A stretch of DNA of 64,000 nt from the NCBI RefSeq assembly GCF_009914755.1, contig NC_060932.1; one strand, written 5' to 3'. Within the stretch, counting starts at the first letter, position 1; each line of letters starts with the position of its first letter. A model generated the notes under the pieces. That model worked only from the letters and a program-made list of their open reading frames with translations, made no database searches and was not told where the DNA came from. The translations under genes and the position numbers were made by a program. Positions 1-26,152 of the stretch are shown piece after piece. The stretch is from the human T2T-CHM13v2.0 reference genome, Homo sapiens.

Positions 1-2247
1 TGGTAGCCTCCCAAAAAGGTCTCTCCAATCATCTAAGCACACAGTACTGTCCCAGGCAAGCTGTAAAGCTCCAGGCTTCAGAACAGGGTGACTGTGTCTC
101 TCGCGGAAGGCCCCCACAAGCAAAAATGGGGACACACGGTGGCCTGGGTGAGTCGCAGGGACCCAGGGGGACATTGAGGCAGGCATAGAGGAGACTAGGC
201 AACATTGCAGGGAATGCTGGGGGACTCCCAAGGAAGACTCTTTTATTCCAGAAGCCCCCAGGGCTGTCCTGGGCAGGCTATAAAGCCCCAGGCTTTGGAG
301 CAGGGACACTGTGTCTCTGGTGGAAGCCCCCTACAAGCAAAAACGGGGCGGCAGGGTGGCCTGGGCGGGCAGGGAAACTTTGGTAGATGTTGAGGCTGGC
401 AGAGAATAGAAGTGACGAGACCAGCGGGAAGGCTGGTAGCCTCCCTTGAAGGCCTCTGCCATCCCATAAGCCCCCAGAGCTGTCCCGGTAGGGCTGTAAC
501 GCCCCTGGTTTTGGAGCAGCGTGCTTCTGTCTCTCCCTTAAGACCCCCACAAGCGAAAACAGGATGGCAGAATGGAGTGGGCTGGTCACAGGGACTCAGG
601 ACTTTGAGCAGGCAGAGAGGAAAAGAGACGAGACGACAGGAACTGCTAGGAGCTTCTGAATAAGAACTCTCCCGTCCTAGATGCCCCCAGGGCTGTTCCA
701 TGCACACTGTATAGCCCAGGCTTTCCAGCAGGGTGCCTGTGTCTCTCGCGGAAGGCACACAGAATTAAAAATGGGGCCACAGGATGGCATGGGCAGCTCG
801 CAAAAACTCAGGAAACCACTAAGGCTGGCAGAGGGGAGAAGCAGCGAGACAGCTGGGAATGCTGGGAGCCTTCCAAGAAGGCCTCTCTTATCCCAGAAGC
901 CTTCAGGTTTGTCCCAGGCAGGCTCTAAAGCCCCAGGCTTTAAAGCAGTGTGCCTGTGCCTATCGAGCAATGCCCCCTCAAGCAAAAACGGGACTGCAGG
1001 GTGGCCTGAGCAGGTGGCTGGGACTCAGGGGGACGTTGAGGTAGGCAGAGAAAAGAAGCAGCAAGACCGCAGGAAATCCTTGGAGCCTCCCAAGAAGGCC
1101 TCTCCCATTCCAGAAGCCCCCAGAACTGTCCAGGACGTGCTGTAAAGCTTCAGGTTTTGAAGCAGGGTGCCTGTGTCTCAAGCAGAAGGCTCCCACTAGC
1201 AAAATTGGGGACGTAGGGTGGTATGAGCAGGCCTCAAGGACTCAGAGGGACGTTTAGCCATGCAGAGCAAAGAAACATTGAGACCGCAGGTTATACTGGG
1301 AGCCTTTCAAAGAGGCCTCTGCCATCCCATTAGCCTTCAGGGTTGTCCCGGGAGGGCTGTAAAGCCGCAGGAGTTGGAGCAGGGTGCCTAAGCCTCTGGA
1401 AGAAGGCCCCTCACAAGGGAAAACAGGGCTGCAGGGTTGGGTGGGCGGGTTGCAGGACAGAGTTGGCGGGCCACACGGACTCAGGGGGCATTGAGGCAAG
1501 AAGAGGGGAGATGCGGTGAGACCGCAGGGAATCCTGGGAGCCTCTCCCATCCCAGAAGACCTAAGAGCTGTCCCGGGCTGTGCGTAAAGCACCAGGGTTT
1601 GGTGCAGGGTCCGTTGTCTCTCACGGAACGCCTCCACAAGCAAAAATGGAATCGCAGGGTGGCATAGGTGTGCCGCAGGGTCTCATGGGGATGTTGAGGC
1701 AAGCAGACAGAAAAAGCAGCCAGACCGCAGGGAATGCTGGGGGCCTCGCATGGAAGCCTCTCCCATCCCAGAAGACCCCTGGGCTCCCCTGGGCAGGGTA
1801 TAAGCACCAGGCTTTGGATCAGCGTGCCTCTGTCTCTCGCGGAAAGCTCCCATGAGAGAAACGGGGCTGCAGTGTGGCGTGGCTGGGCTGCAGGGACTCA
1901 GAGGGACATTGAGACAGGCAGTAGGAAGAAGCGGCATGACCGCAGCGAATGCTGGAAGCCTCCCAAGGATGCCTGTCCCATATCAGATGCCCCCAGGTCT
2001 GTCCCGGGTGGGCTGTAAAGCCACAGATTTTGGAACAAGGTGCCTATGTCTTTTGCAGAAGGAACCTACCTGGAAAAACGGGGCCATAGGGTTGAGTGGA
2101 GGGTTGCAGGGACTCAGGAGGACGCTGAGACAGGCAGAGGCGAAAAGCAGTAAGACCGCAGAAAATGCTGGGAGCCTCGCAAAGAGGCCTCTCCCATCCC
2201 AGAAGCCTCAAAAGTTGCCTTGGGCAGGCTGTAAATCCCCTGGCTTT
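1..2247 (+). repeat. Gamma satellite (GSAT/GSATII-type), ~216-bp GC-rich tandem monomers
   Basis: The motif gggaatgctgggagcctcccaaggaggcctctcccatcccagaagcccccagggctgtcc...tgtaaagccccaggctttggagcagggtgcctgtgtctctc recurs every ~216 bp (gggaatgctgg-like at ~210, 427, 640, 855, 1071). The exact subfamily label is from recollection of Repbase consensi. Confidence 0.88.
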
Positions 2248-18147
<15,900 letters not shown>

Positions 18148-19173
18148 TGAAGGGGTGGCCTGCCCCTCCACACCTGTGGGATATCTCGTCAGGTGGGATG
18201 AGAGACTGAGAAAAGAAATAAGACACAGAGACAAAGTATAGAGAAATAACAGTGGGCCCAAGAGACCGGCACTTAGCATACCAAGGACCTGCACCGGCAC
18301 TGGTTTTTGAGTTCCCTCAGTTTTTATTGATTATTATTTTTATTATCTCAGCAAGAGAAATGTGGTAGGAGAGCAGGGTGATAATAAGGAGAAGGTCATC
18401 AAAAAAAAAACATGTGAGCAAAAGAATCTATGTCGTAATTAAGTTCAAGGGGAGGTACTATGCCTGGATGTGCACATAGGCCAGATTTATATTTTTCTCT
18501 GCCCAAATATCTCAGTGGAGTAAAGAATAACAAGGCAGCATTGCTGCCAACATGACTCGCCTCCCTCCATAGGGCGGTTTTTCTCCTGTCTCAGAATTCA
18601 ACAAATGTACAGTTGGGTTTTATACCAAGACATTCAGTTTTCAGGGGCAGGCAGGAGACAGTGGCCTTCCTCTATCTCAACTGCAAGAGGCTTTCCTCTT
18701 TTACTAATCCACCTCAGCATAGACCCTTTATGGGTGCCAGGCTGGGGGATGGTCAGGTCTTTCTCATCTCATGAGGCCATATTTCAGACTATCACATGGG
18801 GAGAAACCTTGGATAATACCCGGCTTTCCAGGGCAGAGGTCCCTGCTGCTTTTCGCAGTGCATTGTGCCCCTGATTTTTTGAGACTAGAGAATGGCGATG
18901 ACTTTTACCAAGCATACTGCTTGTAAACATTTTGTTAGCAAGGCACGTCCTGCACAGCTCTGGATCCCTTAAGCCTTGATTCCATACAACAGACGTTTTT
19001 GTGAGCTTGAAGTTGGGGCAAAGTGGCTGGGGCAAAGCAACTGGGGCAAAGTTGCAAATTAACAGCATCTCAGCAAAGCGATTGTTCAAGGTACAGGTCA
19101 AAATGGAATTTCTTATGTCTTCCCTTTCTACATAGACACAATAACAGTCTGATCTCTCTTTCTTTTCCCTATA
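18148..19173 (-). repeat. 3' LTR of the HML-2 provirus (LTR5A-like)
   Basis: Minus strand reads tatagggaaaagaaagagagatcagactgtt...ggaggggcaggccaccccttca. AATAAA intact at 18323-18328 (minus). About 9% diverged from the 5' LTR over the ~460 bp compared by eye. Confidence 0.93.
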
Positions 19174-21235
19174 TATCCCCCTTTTCTTTTTGACAAAACC
19201 GCCATCATCATCATGGCCGTTTCTCGCTGGTCGCTGTCTCTCCAGAGCTGCTGCATACACCTGTAGACTAACAACAGAGAGAACAGACATACAAGGATTA
19301 ATAAAAAATTTGCTATAGTGGAACTTGTAGTGGTTTTAACCCAAGTGACAGGGTTAAGATTTGTGAGGCTATCAGCAGCTTTTACCATTGCCTCAGTTTC
19401 TGGCAACAGATTTAACTGGGTTTTCAATGCCTCAAAAATCTGTTATTTTAATTTTGAAATATCTAAAATAAGATTATCTTCTCTTCCTTGTAGATGGTGT
19501 CTAACCATGTCCCAGTGATGTTCAGATTCATTATAGGCTTGAGGTGTAATACAAAAATCTGACATATTCTAGTCACACTGTAACTGAAAAAGATATTCCA
19601 AGCTCACGAGCCTATCTCCATCCAAATGACAGTTTGTCTAAGATCGTTAATTTGGTTTGCCAATTTTTGATCTATTTGGGTCTGAGAATTCCATAATTTT
19701 GAGGAATTCTCTTGCCAATTATTTACATATTCTGCAGTTTTGAACAGAGGAGTGTAAAGCAATTCCAGCAGCTGCAGCAGTAGCTGTGACTGCAGTAAGA
19801 CCCATAATCACTGCAATTAAAGTAAAAATGAGTCTTTTTGATCTAGTTAGAACTCCTTTTAATACTTCTGTTAAAATATGGATGGATGGGGAAGCCTACC
19901 ACGGTTGGTCCATGGATACAGGAATCCACATGCCCTCTCTTGTCCTCACCAGTAGAATACGGTGCTGCCAATCAAAAGTCGAATCAATGCAAGTAAACAA
20001 TCTACAATTTTCACGGGTTATAGTTTGGAAATCTGGTTTAATAACTATGTTTCCTACAACTAGCATATAAGGGGATTTTACACAACTTTGCAAAGGAATT
20101 GTCAGATTGGAATTTAGGTTAACAGTATAATATGGCTTGTGATTTCTTGTTTCTATAACTTGATTTTCAGACAAAATTGTAATGTGGTGCGAGGCCACAG
20201 TAAGCTTCCATAATTCTGGATGTTCAGGACCAGTAACAGGACTAATTAACTTTGGTCGAGGTGATGAAATTTTCTTTTCACCCCATTTCCATGGATAGGG
20301 TGATTCTAACCTTATATAAACCTAGTCCAGACTTTCAGTTAAATCACTATCATAGGCGGGATTAGTAGGCCAGACAGATGGGGCCTGTGAACATGAGTGA
20401 GTCTGGCCTATACTATCATAATATAATTGGCCTCTAGGGACCCAGTCCATAATAGTTCCAAATTTATTGTTTTGTAATACCACCACAGTATCAGCCACAC
20501 ATTTTTCCCAAACTAAGACTTCTGGGTCTTTTGATTCTTTGGGACTTTCCTTGGGGCAAGGTTTTCCTTCTGGCCTAAATTTTAATGATCTTTGATAAGA
20601 AGAGTCCCGTAAATTATTTATTTGTGATCCGAGTGACTTTCCACTTACCATGGGATAAGTAAATTTACTGGTGGCACTAACAGTAGGTCAGTGCCTACCA
20701 ACCAATTTTGGGTTGTAGGCATTAAGCATCCTGGTGCCTTTCCCAGGCAAATAGGAGGATAATGATACCCAGTGGAAATGTTTATCATCATTCCTTCTTT
20801 TTCAGGTTGGGCAGGGCCACGATGATCTGTGGGCCTGGTACCCATCTACTATTATCAACATATACTTCAATAGAATTATTCATCCAAGTGACTGCCCAAA
20901 TTAAGGGCAGGAAAGGCACATAGGCCCAGTAAGTATAATTAGCTGCAGCTGCTCCGGCAGACATAGGGAGACTTACCACCGTTAATACAATCATTAAAGC
21001 TGCAAGCAGCATATTCTCTGGAGTTTGAGTTACCCTTGTGTTCTTCAGGCTTTTTTCAGCTGACTGTGTCAGCTTCTTTAGTTGGGCCCAGGTTGGCAGC
21101 TCCGCTTTCTTGGTGGATGGCAACTTCATCTGTTCTGATATCACCGTTTTGTTCACCTGGCGAATCATGATGTTCCATTGCTGGTTTTCTGTCTCTGCAG
21201 AGGCACTTTTTTTTTTTCATCTCCAATGGGTTCAT
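19128..21235 (-). pseudogene. env: HML-2 env (with rec exons), disrupted by frameshifts and stops
   Basis: ATG of an MNP..EM start at 21235. Fragments: signal peptide/rec exon 1 ([22 protein letters not shown]...[14 protein letters not shown]), SU ([21 protein letters not shown]), RSKR furin site near 19835, TM ([15 protein letters not shown]). The retained signal-peptide segment indicates type 2. Confidence 0.92.
19177..19191 (-). promoter_or_regulatory. Polypurine tract of the HML-2 provirus
   Basis: Minus strand aaaaagaaaaggggg immediately before the 3' LTR. Confidence 0.85.
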
Positions 21236-21261
21236 TATAGAACTTTAAATTTCTAGGAAAA

Positions 21262-21843
21262 AGTTATGGACTTTTTCCTTTTAATTTTAATGTTTCAGGA
21301 TATATTACCTCCTGTAATTGATTGTAGTCAACATTTTGCTTTGACTGAGCCACTACGGACTCTGCTATATTTTTACAATGTGAACTTTCCATTCCTTTCT
21401 TGAACTCTCTTCCTGCCTCTTCTTCACAATCTATCACACAGCTTTCAGGGGCATCAGAAACTGAAATGCTGTCTTCTTCTATTTGAAACTGTTCTAAAGT
21501 TGCTTTAATAATGGCCCAATCATTCCATAATGTTAAGTGGGATGATTTTACCTTCCCTACTTTCTTGTTTTAATTCTTTACCATTTTTCCAAGTCTTTTA
21601 GATCTAAAGCTCACTGTTCTGGAAACCATGGGCAGAATTGCTCTATTGTTTGAAATAGCATAATTACATTTTCTGTGGAAGCTGTAACTCCCCCTCTTCT
21701 TAAGAGAGTTTTAATGAAACTGAGATAAGAAGCATATTTACTTTCAGTTTGCCCCATTGTTACCCTGGGTTCCTCTGAGCGCACATGCTTACCACAAGGC
21801 TGACTGTGGACGTACTCTGGAATCTGTCATCGGCTGTCCTCAA
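21262..21843 (-). other. Ectopic second copy of the proviral leader (with major splice donor) and 5' gag, inserted at the pol/env boundary
   Basis: Roughly 94% identical by eye to 24505-25088. It interrupts the integrase tail between VWIPT and R.LKFYNEP. Confidence 0.95.
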
Positions 21844-21888
21844 ACAGCCAGTATCCAAACACGCGGGTACCAAAAACATACCTCAAAC

Positions 21889-24330
21889 AGTGGGTATCCA
21901 AACAGGAAGCTGATTCTCTCCTGGTGAAACGTAAGCAAAACCTCTCCCCCATGTTATCACCTTACCTATTTTCCATGTCATATTTTTGGTGTCTTTTCAC
22001 CAAATCAGTTTTCCCTCATGTGAGCTGTTTTTTTACCAGTAAAAATGTTGTTTTGCAGAAGTAGTGGTCTGATTTCTATAAATGTTTTAAAAGTATAGAG
22101 TGCTAAATTAAGTTGCATCCGGGGAGTGTTATGCTCTTTATTCTATTTTCCCTTTTTTTGTTTAACCAATTGAGCTTTGAGTGTTCTATTAGTTCTTTCA
22201 ATTATGGCCTGTCCTTGGGAATTATAAGGGATTCCTGTTGTATGTGTAATTTTCCACTGATTTAAGAATTTTTGAAATGCTTTACTACAGTATCCTGACC
22301 CATTATCTGTTTTATTTTTTTCTGGAAATCCCATGACAGCAAAACAAGATAATAAATGTTTTTTAACATGGGAAGTACTTTCTCCTGTCTGGCAGGTTGC
22401 CCATATGAAATGTGAATAAGTATCAACTGTCACATGGACAAAAGACAATTTTCCAAATGAAGGTACATGTGTGACATCCATTTGCCATAACACGTTAGGA
22501 CATAGACCTCTGGAATTAACTCCTGCCTCCTGAGTGGGCAGGTGTAGGACTTGACACTGAGTGCAATGTTGTACAAAATTTTTTGCCTGTTTCCTTGTGA
22601 TATCAAATTTATTTTTTAATCCTGTTGCATTTACATGAGTCATGGCATGAAGTTCTTGTGTTTCCATGAAGGCAGATGACACTAGCAAGTCAGCTTGTTC
22701 ATCTGCCTTAGTTAAAGGCCCTGGTAAATTAGTATGTGCTCAAATATGAGTAATATGAAATGGGAAATTTCTTTGTCTTACAGTTTGTTGTAACAAATTA
22801 AACAGCTGCTTCAACTGATCATCCACACTGTATTTGATTAGGGTTGTCTCAACATCCTTTGTATCCTGTACTACATATGCAGAATCTGAAACAATGTTAA
22901 TAGGCTGATTAAAATCTTGTAACACTGAAATTGCAGCAACCAACTCTGCTCTTTGAGCTGAGTGATATTGAGTTTCAATGACACATTCTTTTGGCCCAGT
23001 GTAAGCTGCTTTTCCATTGCTGGAACCATCAGTAAATACCGTCAGAGCAATTTCTAAAGGTTTATGTCTGGTAATTTTAGGTAAAATCCAAGTAGTCAAT
23101 TTTAAAAACTGGAAGATTTTTGTTTTGGGTAATGATTATCAATAATTCCCACAAAATCAGCAAGTCCAATCTGCCATGCAGCAGAATTGATAAAGGCTTG
23201 TCTAACCTGTTTCTTGTTTAAAGGAACTATTATTTTATATGGGTTACTTCCACAAAATTTTGCTATTCGTAGTCTTGCCTCCCAAATTAATATAGCCATT
23301 TGATCTAAGTACAATGTAAAAGTCTTAATTGTACTGTGAGGAAGGAATGACCACTCCACAACATCTGTATTTTGAACAATAATGCTTGTTGGAGAATGTA
23401 CAGTAGCAAAAATCAAAAGTTGGGTGGGGCCAAATGATCTATTCTATTTACTTGTGCTGACCGAATTTTTTCTTCAATGAATTCAATTTCTTTAGTTGCC
23501 TCTGCAGTTAATGTTCTTTTACCATTCAAGTCCAGATCCCCTCTCAAGATAGGGAACAAATTTGACATGGCATAAGTAGGGATGCCTAGAGTTGGCTGAA
23601 TCCAATTAATATCTCCTGGCAATTTTTGAAAGTCATTTAATGTTCTTAATGTGTCTTTTCTTAATTCTATTTTTTGTGGTTTATTTTTCTTTCCTCTACC
23701 TGCATTCCCAAATAATGAAAAGGAGTGGAGGTCTGAATCTTATCAGACGCTATTGTCAGTCCTGCATTTGCAACCTCTGTCTGAAGAAATGTGTAAGTCA
23801 ATTAATTTGTCTCTTGTTTCTGCAGCACACAAAATGTCATCAACATAATGAATGATATAACAATCCAAAATCTTGTTTCTAACTGGATGAAGAGCCTGAG
23901 CTACAAAAGTCTGACAAATAGTTGGATTATTAAGCATTCCCTGAGGCAACACTTTCCACTGAAATCGGGAGTCTGGTTCTTTATTATTTATGGCTGGTAT
24001 AATAAAAGCAAATTTTTCAAAATCCTGTTTTGCCAGAGGAATGGTAAAAAAGCAATCCTTTAGATCAATTATAATTAAAGGCCAATCTTTAGGGATCATG
24101 GCTGGGGAGGGCAGCCCAGGTTGGAGAGGCCCTATGGGTTGAATTACCACATTAATGGCTCTTAAGTCAGTTAGCATGTGCCATCTGTCTGATTCTTTCT
24201 GAATTACAAACACAGGAGAATTCTAAAGAGAGAAAGTGAGTGAAACATGTCCTTTTTAAAATAGTTTTTAAACTATTTTATGCAGCGCCCCCAACTTTTC
24301 CTTAGGGAGTGGTCACTGTTTGACCCATAC
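21889..24330 (-). pseudogene. pol: HML-2 pol (RT, RNase H, integrase), fragmented
   Basis: [22 protein letters not shown] (23743-24213). RNase H FTDGSS, AELVA, SDSAY (22740-23099). Integrase HHCC plus WQMDVT, KTDNG, IIERTN (22143-22688). Several frameshifts lie between the fragments. Confidence 0.95.
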
Positions 24331-24459
24331 AAGACACTGCAGGGTGAGTCTGAATTGCTCCTTCACCATAGTGAACTGCAGGTTGGGCAATAATGGGTGC
24401 TGTGAACCAAGTCACAGCGAGCCTAGTTTCAGGTTCCCTCCCCCAGCACTCACTCAGCT

Positions 24460-24999
24460 GAGGAGGAGGTGGCCATCGTGGTTTTAGCCCCAAAGGCCCC
24501 CATGGTTCTGGACTTTTTTCCTTTTAATTTTAATGTTTCAGGATATATTACCTCCTGTAATTGATTGTAGTCAACATTTTGCTTTGACTGAGCCATTACA
24601 AACTCTGCTATATTTTTACAATGTGAACTTTCCATTCCTTTCTTGAACTCTGTTCCTTTCTCTTCTTCACAATCTATTACACAGCTTTCAGGGGCATCAG
24701 AAACTGAAATGCTATCTTCTTCTATTTGAAACTGTTCTAAAGTTGCTTTAATAATGGCCCAATCATTCCATAATGTAAGTGGGATGATTTTACCTTCCCT
24801 ACTTTCTTGTTTAATTCTTTGCCATTTTTTCCCAATCTTTTAGATCTAAAGTTCACTGTTCTGGAAACCATGGGGAGAATTGCTCTATTGTTTGAAATAG
24901 CATAGTTAGATTTTCTGGGGAATCTTTAACTTCCCCTCTTCTTAAGAGAGTTTTAATGAAACTGAGATAAGAAGCATAATTACTTTCAGTTTGTCCCAT
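24460..24999 (-). pseudogene. gag: HML-2 gag 5' part (matrix/p15); capsid, nucleocapsid and pro/dUTPase missing
   Basis: aacccagggtaacaATGggacaaactgaaagt (MGQTES.YASYLSFIK), PWFPEQ*, WNDWAIIK, QNVDYNQLQEVIYPETLKL. Contains a premature stop and frameshifts. Confidence 0.92.
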
Positions 25000-25126
25000 T
25001 GTTACCCTGGGTTCCTCCGAGCACACAAGCTTACCGCAAGGCTGACTGTGGACATACTCAGGAATCTGTCATCAGCTGCTGTCCTCAATGCTCACATTCT
25101 TAGCATACCTTCACCCTAGAGAAAGG

Positions 25127-25144
25127 CACCCACTTGGGGAAGCA
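25127..25144 (-). promoter_or_regulatory. Degenerate tRNA-Lys primer-binding site
   Basis: Directly after the 5' LTR the minus strand reads tc-tgcttccccaagtgggtg, versus the HML-2 consensus tc-tggtgcccaacgtgga. Confidence 0.7.
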
Positions 25145-25146
25145 GA

Positions 25147-26152
25147 TGAAGGGGTGGCCTGCCCCTCCACACCTATGGAATATCTCATCAGGTAGGATGA
25201 GAAACTGAGAAAAGAAATGAGACACAGGGACAAAGTATAGAGAAATAACAGCAGGCCCAGGAGACTGGCACTCAGCATACAAAGGACCTGCACTGGCACC
25301 AGTATCTGAGTTCCCTCAGTTTTTGTTGATTATTATTTTTATTATCTCAGCAAGAGGAATGTGGTAGGAGAGCAGGGTGATAATAAGGAAAATGTCAGCA
25401 AAAAAAATGTGAGCAAAAGGATCTATATGATGATTAAATTCAAGGGGAGGTACTATACATGGATGTGCACGTAGGCCAGATTTATATTTTTCTCTGCCCA
25501 AACATCTCAGTGGAGTAAAGAATAACAAGGCAGCATGGCTGCCAACATGTCTCACCTCCCGCCATAGGGCGATTTTTCTCCTATCTCAGAATTTAACAAA
25601 TGTACAATCAGGTTTTATACCGAGACACTCAGTTCCCAGGACAGGAAGGAGACAGTGGCCTTCCTCTATCTCAACTGCAAAAGGCTTTCCTCTTTTACTA
25701 ATCCACCTCAGCACAGACCCTTTATGGGTGCCGGGCTGTGGGATGGTCAAGTCTTTCTCAGCCCATGAGGCCATATTCAAACTATCACATGAGGAGAAAC
25801 CTTCGACAATACCCAGCTTTCCAGGGCAGAGGTCCCTGTGGCTTTTCACAGTGCATTGTGCCCCTGATTTGCTGAGACTAGAGAATGGTGATGACTTTTA
25901 CTAAGCATACTGCTTGTAAACATTGTGTTAAAAAAGCACATCCTGCACAGCCCTAGATCCCTTAAATCTTGATTCCATACTACACATGTTTTTGTGAGCT
26001 CAAAGTTGGGGCAAAGTGGCTTTGGCAAAGTTACAAATTAACAGCATCTCAGCAAAGCAATTATTCAAGGTACAGGTCAAAATGGAATTTCTTATGTCTT
26101 CCCTTTCTACATAGACACAGTAACAGTCTGATCTGTCTTTATTTTCTCAACA
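25147..26152 (-). repeat. 5' LTR of the HML-2 provirus (LTR5A-like)
   Basis: TG...CA termini on minus. TATAAAA at 25613-25619 (minus). The poly(A) signal is mutated to AACAAA. Confidence 0.93.

Larger units (their letters stand above)
18148..26152 (-). mobile_element. HERV-K(HML-2) type 2 provirus, old LTR5A-like lineage, defective (gag-pro deletion, internal leader/gag duplication)
   Basis: Two ~1-kb LTRs, PBS, gag MA, RT/RNase H/IN, env SU/TM and PPT in retroviral order on the minus strand. Satellite register resumes across it (aagaccacaga|provirus|gcagggaatgctgg), implying a degenerate ~5-bp TSD. Confidence 0.95.
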
